Part shown: positions 45,950 through 55,617 of the stretch, in pieces
How the letters are laid out: each line of letters opens with the position of its first letter
How positions within the stretch are numbered: the first letter of the stretch is position 1
Virus record (IMG/VR): IMGVR_UViG_3300025151_000022
Location: 24,236-88,235 of that record
Source: a virus
Strand: one strand, 5' to 3'
DNA: 64,000 nucleotides
Notes under the pieces: model-generated
What the model was told of the DNA's origin: nothing
The model's database searches: none
The model's input: only the letters and a program-made list of their open reading frames with translations
Translations under genes and position numbers: made by a program

Positions 45950-48073
45950 TCAAATAGATACACCTAAAATCTTTGCTTTAGAAAGCGAAGGAGGTGGAAT
46001 TGGAATAGGTGGTATGTAATTAGAATTTGGTCCTAATGGCGAATCGCCAGAAGATGATTCTGATTGACTTACTGTAGAAACTACAGAACCAGATCTCACA
46101 GGCGGAGGTGCTGGTATATTTAATTTTGGTGCGGTATTACCAATTCTTCCAGACGCAATTCCTCTATTCGTTCCAGATACAGATTCAAATGCGCCACTAA
46201 TTCCTTTAACTTTAGACCAATCTGTTTTTTTAGTATTACCCGCTGAAGCACTACTTGCTGAGGCACCAGAAGAACTAGTTCCCGCTAATGTTATACCTGA
46301 TCCACCTGGACCAATGAACTTCTTATAGTAAGAAGGTGGTGGTGAAGGAGGAGGATCATCCTTTCCAACCTGTTCTTTATAGTGATAAAAATTACCTCTA
46401 TTTGAAAATTTAATATCACCCTGACCCATATTTGCATACTGACTAGTACCTTTAAAATCTGTTCTTCCTTGAAGTTTATTCAATGCACCTGCAATTTTTA
46501 TTTGACCCTCTTCAGAAGCTAGTTTTTCAGCCAAAGCGGGATCATCATATGCCTTACCAGTAAATACTGCTTCAAATTGTCCCGCTTGAGATCCAACTGC
46601 TTTAATAGTATTTGGCCATGAAGGATCGGCAACTCTATTCAAAATAGCTGCTGCAACTCCATATTCATCATCTGTTCCTCTTTGCGCTTCAGCACTTACA
46701 ATAAAAGCAAGATCTCTATAATCTTGAGCGGTTAAACCCCTAAGACCATTTCCCTCTGAACTTTTTGCCTTATTACCAGTTCCTGCCAATCCTAAGAAAT
46801 CCCACCATTCTCTATTATCATTTTGTCTTCTACTTTCCATAGCAGCTTGCTGTTGTCTAGACATTTCATCTATAGAACCACCACCTGCCGCATAGGTAGT
46901 GCCTCCCATCTTTTTCGGTTTATTTGTACCACCAGCAGATGCATTAATTCCTTCCATAAAATCGAGTCCATAAGCTTCAACAGCTCCACGACTCATAATA
47001 AATTCTCCAGGAGTAAGCATTGCAGGAATAACATCAGTGCCTTGTGCTTCTCCACCTCCACTAAAACCTAACATATCTGCACTAATTGGAGCGCCAGTCA
47101 TTCCTCCAAATTCTCTTGTCTCGTCCATTTGAGATTTTTCTGGATCCTCAGGATCCTTTATCACTGCAGTTCCCGATTGATTTTGCATCACAGCAGCAAC
47201 ACCAAGAGCACCTACACCAAGTGCAGCAGCTGCTAATGGATGTGCCGCAACTAACCTAGTAAACGCCACTGCTAATTTTGGAATAAATCTCAAAGTCATT
47301 CCGACTATTCTGGCGACAAACCTACCAAAACTATTTCCAAATAATAGATACGTTCCCAAAAGTGCTGGCCAAGTCTTCTCTAAAAATGTTCCTATTGCAC
47401 TAAGTTTTTGTTTATTGCCCTCATCGCTAAACCAATCAACTATTTTTGTTAAAATATTTCCAATTAAAATCTGTGATACAAAATTAAATAGTCTATCAAA
47501 TATACTTTTCACTGGTTCCAATACTTTTTTAGTAGATTCAGTGAATTTTTTGAATGTATTATTTTCTAATCTTTTTTCTTTTGCCGATCTACCTTTTCTT
47601 TCTGATCGTTTTCTTTCTTCATCTGCTGCCTTTTTCTTTAAAGATTCTTCTTTCCGTAAAGTTTCAATAATTGAATCAATACCTTTAAGAATGTCATCTA
47701 TATTTTCTGCAGATTCTTCTTCTTTATTGAAAAAAGCACTTGTTTGTATTTGAGAACTTTTAGATACTACAAGTGCTCCACCTCTGTTAAGAGATTTTGT
47801 TGAGTTTACTTTACTAACATCAACTTGTTTTTTCCTATCTACAAGTCTATTAACAAATGTCTCAAAATCTATTTTACTTTTTCTATATGCCTTTACGCCT
47901 TCTTTTCTTTCTTGTGGTGATAAATTGCTCCCTTCAATTCTACCCTCTGATAATAGTTCTTGATAATATTTGTCATACTTATCCTCACCAAAAAACTTTT
48001 TGGCTGCAATTATCTGTCCGCCCTTGGGTTCACCTTCTTCCCTTATCGATTTAAGAAGTTCATCTAGATCCAT
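45950..48073 (-). CDS. Tape-measure-like tail protein with a SleB/Hydrolase_2 cell-wall hydrolase domain
   Basis: 707 aa; TDVIPAMLTPGEFIM, then LAFIVSAEA...VAAAILNRV...WPNTI..V..Q.GQFE. Confidence 0.65.
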   Translation of the reverse strand: MDLDELLKSIREEGEPKGGQIIAAKKFFGEDKYDKYYQELLSEGRIEGSNLSPQERKEGVKAYRKSKIDFETFVNRLVDRKKQVDVSKVNSTKSLNRGGALVVSKSSQIQTSAFFNKEEESAENIDDILKGIDSIIETLRKEESLKKKAADEERKRSERKGRSAKEKRLENNTFKKFTESTKKVLEPVKSIFDRLFNFVSQILIGNILTKIVDWFSDEGNKQKLSAIGTFLEKTWPALLGTYLLFGNSFGRFVARIVGMTLRFIPKLAVAFTRLVAAHPLAAAALGVGALGVAAVMQNQSGTAVIKDPEDPEKSQMDETREFGGMTGAPISADMLGFSGGGEAQGTDVIPAMLTPGEFIMSRGAVEAYGLDFMEGINASAGGTNKPKKMGGTTYAAGGGSIDEMSRQQQAAMESRRQNDNREWWDFLGLAGTGNKAKSSEGNGLRGLTAQDYRDLAFIVSAEAQRGTDDEYGVAAAILNRVADPSWPNTIKAVGSQAGQFEAVFTGKAYDDPALAEKLASEEGQIKIAGALNKLQGRTDFKGTSQYANMGQGDIKFSNRGNFYHYKEQVGKDDPPPSPPPSYYKKFIGPGGSGITLAGTSSSGASASSASAGNTKKTDWSKVKGISGAFESVSGTNRGIASGRIGNTAPKLNIPAPPPVRSGSVVSTVSQSESSSGDSPLGPNSNYIPPIPIPPPSLSKAKILGVSI

Positions 48074-48233
48074 TAGATGCCTGCTGCTTTAACTTTTCCT
48101 CTTCAAGATGTTGCTCTAGCAACGCTACATAAATGTCTCTTTCCCACGGAATTAGATTTTCAATCTCCGTTAATGAGTATTTATGGTACTGCATTAAGGC
48201 AAAATTTAATTTATAGTAACCCTCTAAACTCAT
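48060..48233 (-). CDS. gp51: Baseplate hub assembly catalyst (cyanophage gp51-like), possibly made as a frameshift extension of gp26
   Basis: Not in the track (57 aa): MSLEGYYKLNFALMQYHKYSLTEIENLIPWERDIYVALLEQHLEEE... Confidence 0.8.
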   Translation of the reverse strand: MSLEGYYKLNFALMQYHKYSLTEIENLIPWERDIYVALLEQHLEEEKLKQQASNGSR

Positions 48234-48244
48234 ATGAACGAGGG

Positions 48245-48964
48245 CTACGCGAAAAAACTTGCTAATCCCTCAAGAACAACTTCACTCTCAACTTTTGTTT
48301 CTGGATTTTTAACTTTAATAGTATGAGAAAGTTTTGGCATAGTTTCAAAGAACTTTTCAATTTCTTTGAACTGAGAAGAATTCATTGACTCCAAAAATTC
48401 TGTTATTTCTTTCTTAGTGCAATCTGCAGTAGACCAAGCTTCCTCTTCAGTATAAATTGTACCGATACAAGATGCGATCAATTCAAATGATTGATCCATT
48501 GCATTCTTACTGTCAAAATCAAAATTATTTTTAATAAATTGTTCTAATGATGGATATTTCATTTCCATCATGATTGAATCATCTAATTTAATTTTATTTG
48601 TGTGATTCTTTTCTTTACTTACTTTAATATCATCAAGATTAATTTTTACAGATACTTCAGTCTTCTCATCATCAGGACAAATGATATTAATATCAATTTC
48701 TTCTCCAACTGATTTGCCACGAATATTCAAGAAAAGATATTCAATATCAAATGTTGGAAGATCTTCTACTTTAATTCCCCTAGTTAAAATACAATTCTTG
48801 ATTACAGACTTAATTGCAGTAGTAATTTGTTTTGTATCTTCACTTTCTAGTGCAATGACAAGGAGTTTTTCTTCTTTTACAAGAAAAGGTCTATATTGAA
48901 TCGTTTTTCCTGTCGAAGGCAATTCAAGTTCATACTTTGGTGTGGCAATCTTTGGTAAAGGCAT
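48245..48964 (-). CDS. gp26: Baseplate hub subunit gp26
   Basis: MPLPKIATPKYELELPSTGKTIQYRPFLVKEEKLL...FDIEYLFLNIRGKSVGE. Confidence 0.88.
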   Translation of the reverse strand: MPLPKIATPKYELELPSTGKTIQYRPFLVKEEKLLVIALESEDTKQITTAIKSVIKNCILTRGIKVEDLPTFDIEYLFLNIRGKSVGEEIDINIICPDDEKTEVSVKINLDDIKVSKEKNHTNKIKLDDSIMMEMKYPSLEQFIKNNFDFDSKNAMDQSFELIASCIGTIYTEEEAWSTADCTKKEITEFLESMNSSQFKEIEKFFETMPKLSHTIKVKNPETKVESEVVLEGLASFFA

Positions 48965-48993
48965 AATGTCCTATAGAGTTTCAGTAAGTGTAT

Positions 48994-49905
48994 TTATTGT
49001 ATTTCTTTAAAGTTTAAAGTGAGACCAGGCATAGCAACTCCTTTATATCCTCCACTAGTTCCTGCTCTATAACCTCCCTTTTGGGCAAGACTCTGTAAGC
49101 GATTCCTTCTTGCTCCAGTATTATAATATCTATCAACATCTGCAAGAATATCTCTCTGTGCTTCAGTTCCTACATTTCCAATCATGCCACGATTTGTCAA
49201 TGCCCATATATCAATATCTTCTCTTCTATTAGATACTGTCGGTGGAACTGGAACTCCTGGAGCAGGAATTGCTGCAGGTTCTACTTGTGGTTTTTCATAA
49301 ACTGATTTATCGGTGACGTATCTAACGTAACTAAATCCAACCGTGCATTTTAAAAGATTAGATCCATCATATGAAACTGGCATAGAATTAATACTAAATG
49401 GATATGCCTTGATAAATTTATAGGTCAAAAAATTAGTTTCATAATCACGTTCAAATTTTGTAATTTCTAATCCATCAGTACAATATCCTTTCTGACCTCC
49501 TGGATATTTTACTCTATAAAAATAATTTCTAGAAGCAGAATCAGTTTGACTAGATTTTTCTAGATCATCTTCATCAACAATACCCTTTATCCAAGTTTCA
49601 AAAAATCTGATTGGCCAATAATTATCAGCATCAACCATAAAAGTCAAATCAATTCTATCATCAAACTGTCTTCTATATGCATGTCGTTCAGTGACACCAT
49701 GGTGATCATTATTAATTTCAAACGTTGCTAATCTAGATCCTGGTAATGATGCATCAGAACACTGCAAATGCAATCTCTCTTGAGTATAACTATCCATAGA
49801 TCCAGATAGAAACTCAGGTACACCAATACTCACTTCAAAGTGAGACGTTAAAGCAGGTCGTAATAGATTTGATTTTATATCAGAAACTGACTTTGGGGTA
49901 GGCAT
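48994..49905 (-). CDS. Tail-tube-like baseplate protein (gp54/gp19 fold)
   Basis: 303 aa; L.C..ASLPG, IDLTFMVD, FFETW, YKFIKAYP.SI.S..VSY, LLKCTV.FSY. Confidence 0.65.
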   Translation of the reverse strand: MPTPKSVSDIKSNLLRPALTSHFEVSIGVPEFLSGSMDSYTQERLHLQCSDASLPGSRLATFEINNDHHGVTERHAYRRQFDDRIDLTFMVDADNYWPIRFFETWIKGIVDEDDLEKSSQTDSASRNYFYRVKYPGGQKGYCTDGLEITKFERDYETNFLTYKFIKAYPFSINSMPVSYDGSNLLKCTVGFSYVRYVTDKSVYEKPQVEPAAIPAPGVPVPPTVSNRREDIDIWALTNRGMIGNVGTEAQRDILADVDRYYNTGARRNRLQSLAQKGGYRAGTSGGYKGVAMPGLTLNFKEIQ

Positions 49906-49906
49906 C

Positions 49907-49914
49907 TATAAATA
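49907..49914 (+). promoter_or_regulatory. T4-type late promoter TATAAATA
   Basis: Exact TATAAATA on the plus strand about 24 nt before the gp4 start. Confidence 0.7.
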
Positions 49915-49937
49915 GTTTTTAACCTTATATATTATGT

Positions 49938-50381
49938 ATGGCAGAAAGCAATAAGAGTAAGTATTATCCATCATATCCCAACAAATATAAAGGAGATTCA
50001 TCAAATATTATTTGTAGAAGCACATGGGAAAGAAAATTTTGTAGATGGTGTGACTTGAATGAAAGTATTTTAGAGTGGGGAAGTGAAGAATTCTATATTC
50101 CGTATATCTCTCCACTTGATAATAGAGTCCACAGATATTTTCCAGACTTTATTATTAAGGTGAAAGAAAGCACAGGACAAATCAAAACTTATGTGATTGA
50201 AGTCAAACCCAAAAAACAAACTAGACCACCAAAAACACCAAAGAGAAAAACAAAATCATATCTTTATGAGTGTAAAACATATGCTGTCAATCAAGCCAAA
50301 TGGAAAGCAGCAGTTGAATTTTGTGAAGATCGAAGAATTAAATTTAAAATCATCACAGAAGACGAACTAGGAATCAAATGA
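49938..50381 (+). CDS. gp4: Head completion protein gp4 (TnsA-like nuclease fold)
   Basis: P.KYKGD..NIICRSTWERKFC.WCD...WGSEE..IPY.SP.D...HRYFPDF...IEVKP...VNQAKW.AA. Confidence 0.9.
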   Translation: MAESNKSKYYPSYPNKYKGDSSNIICRSTWERKFCRWCDLNESILEWGSEEFYIPYISPLDNRVHRYFPDFIIKVKESTGQIKTYVIEVKPKKQTRPPKTPKRKTKSYLYECKTYAVNQAKWKAAVEFCEDRRIKFKIITEDELGIK

Positions 50382-50728
50382 ACCGTATCGAATCCATAAG
50401 ACAAGACCTTCAATCTGAGAAGAATCTTGATGATAGAATGGAGTTGATTATGTATGCTCTAAATGATACTGTGACACCCATACCTGATGAAGGAAATATC
50501 TGCACCTTCAAATATTATGCAAAGACCCCAAATCTTACCTATGATCAACACCCACTTGTTGCTGTAACCGATTTATTTTCTTGGGGATTTCGCGGTCTCA
50601 ATTTTCATCTTAGAAAATATAGACAATATACTTGGGAAGAATTAGGAACACAAGTTTATATTGTAAATAGAACTGAACTTGATGACTTACTGTCATTGGA
50701 TTATGAAAAGATAGTCCTAAATAAATAA
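50378..50728 (+). CDS. gp2-like DNA end protector-related protein
   Basis: F.Y.AKTP...YDQHPLV......WGFRGLNFH; follows gp4. Confidence 0.6.
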   Translation: MNRIESIRQDLQSEKNLDDRMELIMYALNDTVTPIPDEGNICTFKYYAKTPNLTYDQHPLVAVTDLFSWGFRGLNFHLRKYRQYTWEELGTQVYIVNRTELDDLLSLDYEKIVLNK

Positions 50729-50742
50729 AAACCCCCCATCTG

Positions 50743-52095
50743 ATGGCAGATAATATTAAAGCATCTTCAAGATCTGTGGCTGGAATCCCTAGTCGTTTAG
50801 AAGTAAACACTGATACTGGCGCAGCTTTCTTGTATGGAGAGGAAGGTATATTTGGAAGGACTGTCATTGCTCAAGCAAGTACAATCGGCAATAATTGGAC
50901 TATAGAGGATGCATTTGTAAGGAAGTATAATAATAAAAACGGTACTAGACTATCGAAAGACCAAGTACAAAAGATTTTTGTACAAGAACACACATCAATT
51001 TTAAATAATGATAGAGCTAATATTATCAATACACACTCCGCTGTCAACACTAGAACTTATCTTGCAACAACAGGAAAACTACCAGGGGTCATTGATCCTA
51101 AAACAGGGTTAAAACAAGGGGAAAAGAACAAAACTGAAGCAGAACTAGATCCAAATGCAAATAATTCTAATAATGGAAATGGTGAATCCTCTTCATCAAC
51201 TGCAGCGGGAGAAATAAATCAAGAAAGTACTGAAGGATCGAATCGATCTATTCCTGGACAAACTGCACCATTAAGATATCCAATTGATATTGCACAAACA
51301 ACTCAAGATGTAATTAAATTTGACATGCTTGAGTTTTCACCAAAACCCCTTACTCAATCTGGTGCTTTTGGGACAGGAAAAAGAAGTAATGCTTCCACAA
51401 GAACATTAGGGTCAACAATATTATCAATTCCAGGTGGCATAAAAGACAGCAATTCTACTGGTTGGGGTGATGGATCAATGAATGCGCTTGAAGCAGCACT
51501 GGCAGGAATTGCACTAGGTGGTATACAAGAAGGTGGAGAAGGACTTACAAATTCTATTTCCCAGACCATAGGAAATGTTATTGGTGGAAGTAATGAGGTT
51601 AAGGACGCAATAGCAGCATCTTTTGCAGGTAGTGCTGCAGGTATTGGACAGCAACTCTTAACAAGAACAACGGGTGCTATTTTAAATCCAAACATGGAGT
51701 TATTATTCAAAAATCCAACTCTAAGACCATTTGATTTCTCATTCTTACTTGCTCCAAGAGATCCAGATGAAGCAAGAGAAGTCATCAATATTATTAGATT
51801 TTTCAAACAGGGGATGGCACCAATTAGAACTAAAGCAAATTTATTCTTAAAATCTCCTAATACATTCAAAGTTACATACTTACATAGAGGAGAAAGTGGA
51901 AAAGAGCATTTTGGATTAAATAAATTTAAAGAGTGTGCTTTATTGGGTTTAAATATTGACTACACACCAAATACAAATTATGCGACTTTTACTGATGGAT
52001 CCATGGTGGCATATAGAATGACCATGAGATTTCAAGAACTTGAGCCTGTATTTAATGATGATTATCAAAATGAACAGAATTCAATAGGTTTCTAA
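50743..52095 (+). CDS. gp48: Baseplate tail tube cap gp48
   Basis: LRYP, ILNPNMELLFKNPTLRPFDFSF.LAPR...EA.....IIRFFK, CAL....IDYTP, FQELEP. Confidence 0.85.
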   Translation: MADNIKASSRSVAGIPSRLEVNTDTGAAFLYGEEGIFGRTVIAQASTIGNNWTIEDAFVRKYNNKNGTRLSKDQVQKIFVQEHTSILNNDRANIINTHSAVNTRTYLATTGKLPGVIDPKTGLKQGEKNKTEAELDPNANNSNNGNGESSSSTAAGEINQESTEGSNRSIPGQTAPLRYPIDIAQTTQDVIKFDMLEFSPKPLTQSGAFGTGKRSNASTRTLGSTILSIPGGIKDSNSTGWGDGSMNALEAALAGIALGGIQEGGEGLTNSISQTIGNVIGGSNEVKDAIAASFAGSAAGIGQQLLTRTTGAILNPNMELLFKNPTLRPFDFSFLLAPRDPDEAREVINIIRFFKQGMAPIRTKANLFLKSPNTFKVTYLHRGESGKEHFGLNKFKECALLGLNIDYTPNTNYATFTDGSMVAYRMTMRFQELEPVFNDDYQNEQNSIGF

Positions 52096-52096
52096 A

Positions 52097-52762
52097 ATGT
52101 CAAACTATTTCAGTCAACTTCCAGATTTTGAATATGTTAGTAGATTACCTGACTCTAAAATTTCCGATTTCATCAAAGTAAAAAACTTATTCAAAAGAGG
52201 TTTCTTGAGAGAAGACATCTTTCAAAACCTTGCATTTTTTACGAAGTATAAAATTAAAAATAATGATAGACCAGATAATGTTGCCTTTGATTTTTATGGA
52301 GATTCCAATTTAGATTGGTTAGTTTTAGTCTGTAATAATATTGTTAATATTCAAACAGAATGGCCAATGCAACAAAATGACCTTGACAAATACTTACTAA
52401 ACAAATATGGAAACTATGATACTGTTTATAGTGGAATACATCATTATGAAACAACCGAAGTCAGAGATAATCAAAATACTATAGTTTTACCAGCAGGATT
52501 GCAAGTAGATTCTGACTATCAAATTACTTTCTATGATTACGATTTACAGACTCAAGTCACAAAAACTCCAGTGAAAAGCGTTACGAACTATGAGTATGAA
52601 ACTTTAATTGAAGATGATAAAAGAAATATATTTTTACTAAAACCAGATTATATTAATGTTGTTAAAGATGACATGGAAGAAATTATGACATACAGAAAAG
52701 GTTCCACCCAATATATGAGCGGAACCATGAAGAGAGCAGATAATATTAGATTATATCAATAG
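52097..52762 (+). CDS. gp53: Baseplate wedge subunit gp53
   Basis: YF..LPDFEY, RPDNVA..FYGD..LDWLVL..NNI.N...EWP, IHHYET. Confidence 0.88.
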   Translation: MSNYFSQLPDFEYVSRLPDSKISDFIKVKNLFKRGFLREDIFQNLAFFTKYKIKNNDRPDNVAFDFYGDSNLDWLVLVCNNIVNIQTEWPMQQNDLDKYLLNKYGNYDTVYSGIHHYETTEVRDNQNTIVLPAGLQVDSDYQITFYDYDLQTQVTKTPVKSVTNYEYETLIEDDKRNIFLLKPDYINVVKDDMEEIMTYRKGSTQYMSGTMKRADNIRLYQ

Positions 52763-53689
52763 TCAACTTTCAGCAAGTTTCTGGAAGTAAGACAGAGCAT
52801 CATCCTCATCTGAGTCAGAGGAATTGGTAGGAGTGATGTCAGGTGCGTTGAAATCTGCTGCAGGTGCTTTGCTGGACTCAAAGTTAGGAGTGAAAGATCC
52901 ACGACCTTCGCTCTCATCTTCCAGTTCTTCATCAAAACGTGCAGGAGCAGACTTCTTACCAAGAACCATCTTCAGACGTGCTTCAAGTTGTTCGTAGGTT
53001 TTGAACTGATCTGCAGCAGTCAGAGCAGCAAGAGAGTACTGCTTTTTCCACAATGCTTCCAGTGCATCATCATCGTCCAGAAGAGGACCAGGACGATCAA
53101 ACTCAGAAGAATCATAGTTCCAATAACCAGCAACTTTCTTCAATTTCAGTTTGAAGTTTGCACCTTGCCAGAAGTCAAAGGGATTGATAGGAGTCTCATC
53201 CTCAAACTCTGGTTGCATTGCTTCCATGATCTTGTCAAAGATCTTCTTACCGAACTTATAAAGGAAGACTTTACCTTCGTTCTGTGGGTTTGCTTTGTCC
53301 TGCACAACATAGATGTTGGCATAGTAGGACAGTTTACGCTTTTGCTTACGAACAGTGTCCTTGTCAGAATCAAGACCACTATTCCACAGTTCACGATTGT
53401 ATTCGCCCAGAGGATCTTTCTGACCAATCGTAGTCAGAGAGTTCTCGATGTACCAACCACCAGGACCTTGGAAGGCATGGGAGTACATCTTTGCCCAGGG
53501 GAGTTCTTCTCCTTCAGGGGCGGGCAGGAAACGGATGACAGCATAACCATTGCCAGTCTTGTCCATTTCAGGTTTCCAGAGACGGTCATCTCCACCGCCA
53601 CCAGTATTGTTCATCTTCTCAACTTCCTTCACCAGTTTAGAGGTGAGAGAACCAAGAGAAGACTGCTTCTTAAGATTTGCAAAAGACAT
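52763..53689 (-). CDS. gp32: Single-stranded DNA-binding protein gp32
   Basis: DDRLWKP..DK.GNGYAVIRFLP, WYIENSLTT, FGKKIFDKI, NYD.SEF, acidic tail ending SYFQKLAES. Confidence 0.95.
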   Translation of the reverse strand: MSFANLKKQSSLGSLTSKLVKEVEKMNNTGGGGDDRLWKPEMDKTGNGYAVIRFLPAPEGEELPWAKMYSHAFQGPGGWYIENSLTTIGQKDPLGEYNRELWNSGLDSDKDTVRKQKRKLSYYANIYVVQDKANPQNEGKVFLYKFGKKIFDKIMEAMQPEFEDETPINPFDFWQGANFKLKLKKVAGYWNYDSSEFDRPGPLLDDDDALEALWKKQYSLAALTAADQFKTYEQLEARLKMVLGKKSAPARFDEELEDESEGRGSFTPNFESSKAPAADFNAPDITPTNSSDSDEDDALSYFQKLAES

Positions 53690-53736
53690 TCGGATTACCT
53701 CGGATTTGTACGTATTTGGCTTGTGTGTACTTCGTT

Positions 53737-53765
53737 ATTCTACAGGTCGGAACCTGTTCTGTCAA
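53737..53765 (-). promoter_or_regulatory. Host sigma70-type promoter for gp32
   Basis: TTGACA-N17-TAGAAT; the spacer contains the inverted repeat CAGGT-TCCG-ACCTG. Confidence 0.7.
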
Positions 53766-54084
53766 TCTGTTCACGCATTTTCTCAAGCATCTTAGTCATG
53801 TTCTCAAAGAGAATATTCATATCAACATCTTGGGAAAGACCCATTGCAATAGCAGATTCTATAATCTGTTCTTTCATTTTAGTTGCTTCAGGATCGTCAG
53901 AAAGGCTTAGTCTGGTATAAAGAATTTTTTGTTTTTCAAGCAACCTTCCTAACATACTCACATGAAATAATTTTTCTTCTTTATCCATGTAACCAAATTT
54001 GAAAACATTTTTATAAATGTCTTCTTGTAACTCACTAATTTCTGCCATTTCGGCACGAACTACATCTGAATCGAAGAAACTCAT
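53740..54084 (-). CDS. DUF1825-like conserved cyanophage/cyanobacterial protein
   Basis: MSFFDSDVVR.E...LLEKQKILYTRLSLSDDPEA..MK. Confidence 0.75.
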   Translation of the reverse strand: MSFFDSDVVRAEMAEISELQEDIYKNVFKFGYMDKEEKLFHVSMLGRLLEKQKILYTRLSLSDDPEATKMKEQIIESAIAMGLSQDVDMNILFENMTKMLEKMREQIDRTGSDL

Positions 54085-54677
54085 TTCTCTAAAACAACCA
54101 TCTTTAGAACTTTTTTGTAACGAAATACATCGATATTTAGGAAAGGAGAATACTTTTTAATTCTCATACTTACGGTTTCCCACACAGGATCAGATAATTT
54201 CTTGTCCCAATCTTTTCTAAACCCAAGTATCCTATCAAGAATTACTAGAGTTTCGATTGAAATCTCATCTCTAAGATATGATTTTAGAATATCTGGATGA
54301 CGAGAACCATCCAGTGAAAACATGGCATCAAAATTATTATCAGAGAAAACTTTTTCAGTTTCTTCTTTAAACAGATATGTGAGTGACTGAGTTCTTTTCT
54401 TCCAAGAAGTGTACCTATCTTCACCTTCTCTTATCATTTCTCCTATCCAAAGTTTACTTGGATCCGTACAGGTGATGAAGTTAGACACAAAGAACTCGAT
54501 TACTTCTTTGTCGTCTTTGTTTCGTGCAAGTTTTTCAAACCAAAATCTATCCTTTCTTTTGTAGAAAGACTGCACAGTAGCACGACTTTTACCACAATAC
54601 TTGTGATAGTCATACTTCTCTTTCGTGAAGTGATTCTTCAAAGAAAGATATTGTTTATAAGCATCAAAAGGCATCAT
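54081..54677 (-). CDS. gp59: Helicase loader gp59
   Basis: YLSLKNHFT...YDYHKY.GK.RA....F.KRKDRFWFEKL; lies between gp33 and gp32. Confidence 0.88.
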   Translation of the reverse strand: MMPFDAYKQYLSLKNHFTKEKYDYHKYCGKSRATVQSFYKRKDRFWFEKLARNKDDKEVIEFFVSNFITCTDPSKLWIGEMIREGEDRYTSWKKRTQSLTYLFKEETEKVFSDNNFDAMFSLDGSRHPDILKSYLRDEISIETLVILDRILGFRKDWDKKLSDPVWETVSMRIKKYSPFLNIDVFRYKKVLKMVVLEK

Positions 54678-54680
54678 TCC

Positions 54681-54938
54681 TCAAAGGGGTAGTTTCGCTC
54701 TGGAGCTCCTCTTTAAAAAGTTAAGTTCCATCGCTTCATACTTTAGTTTTTCTTTCAAGGGTTTAGAAATCAGTTTGGGAACTGATTCTAAATCAACACT
54801 ATTCTTTTCACAAAAGTGAATAATAGCATCGATATAATTCATGTCAATATTATCTTTTACAAGATTTTCAATTTCTTGAGCGAACTTGGAGGGACAGAAA
54901 AACTTTTTTTCTAATTCTTTTTCTAGTTCATTCTCCAT
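54681..54938 (-). CDS. gp33: Late transcription coactivator gp33
   Basis: F..EIE.LV......YIDAI..FCE.N..D.ESV.KLISKPLKEKLK.EA..LNFL; likely start MENELEK at 54938. Confidence 0.88.
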   Translation of the reverse strand: MENELEKELEKKFFCPSKFAQEIENLVKDNIDMNYIDAIIHFCEKNSVDLESVPKLISKPLKEKLKYEAMELNFLKRSSRAKLPL

Positions 54939-55611
54939 TCTCTGACCTAGTATTGTGATGTACAAATTCTTTAATATACCGAACTAACAATTTAATATAG
55001 TCCCCTTTATTCCTTTTGTCAAATACCTCGACTTCACCTCCAGGAGTAACCATGAGGGTGATAAGTTTTTTAACGGGAATACCTGTTAGTTCATAATAAG
55101 CAGCTGCATAGAATGTTTCTTGGACGAAATAATTCTCCAACCACTTTTCAGGTTTTATCTTTTCAGATGTTTTAAAATCGATGACTGCTAGTTCTCCTTC
55201 GTACTCTGCTATGCAGTCAACTCTTCCTGCTAAACCAAGATACTCCGAATACAGAGTTCTTTCAATAGCATGAATATTATTTATCTTATCAAGATAAGGT
55301 TTGGCATGATGAAACATAAACTGAGTTAAGGGACGATAATCATCCCAATTCAGATCTTTATTCTCAAGATATGCTTGTGCTGCTTCATGGAAATCTGTTC
55401 CACGAGCAGTTGCTTTCTTAGTAATCCGATTTGCTTCTTCAATGCCAACACGCTCTCGCCACTTGACAAAAATCTGTCGGTTATAAAAAGAAGTTACGGA
55501 CGTAATAGAAGGCACCCAATCTCCATTAGGAACGTTATAGAGACGGATGCCATTTGTTTCTTTCTTTTCTAATTCAATGTCACCGAGATAATTATGATGA
55601 ATAAATGTCAT
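54928..55611 (-). CDS. PD-(D/E)XK exonuclease (Cas4/RecB-like)
   Basis: PSITSV, RGTDFH, E..LYS..LGLAGRVDCIAEY.GELAVIDFKTS, YFVQ...YA. Confidence 0.85.
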   Translation of the reverse strand: MTFIHHNYLGDIELEKKETNGIRLYNVPNGDWVPSITSVTSFYNRQIFVKWRERVGIEEANRITKKATARGTDFHEAAQAYLENKDLNWDDYRPLTQFMFHHAKPYLDKINNIHAIERTLYSEYLGLAGRVDCIAEYEGELAVIDFKTSEKIKPEKWLENYFVQETFYAAAYYELTGIPVKKLITLMVTPGGEVEVFDKRNKGDYIKLLVRYIKEFVHHNTRSENGE

Positions 55612-55617
55612 GTGAGT

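Noticed and set aside
625-47753. Many short plus-strand and alternate-frame ORFs in the track
   Set aside because: They lie opposite or inside long, motif-bearing minus-strand genes and have no independent signals.
49938-50381. TnsA-like nuclease as a transposon or homing endonuclease
   Set aside because: Sequence and position match the core head-completion protein gp4.
52988-53920. 310-aa plus-strand ORF
   Set aside because: Antisense shadow of gp32, whose biased codon usage leaves the opposite frame open; no recognisable motifs.
54928-55611. Cas4-like nuclease as evidence of a CRISPR system
   Set aside because: No repeat-spacer array or other cas genes seen; this is the usual exonuclease between phoH and gp33.
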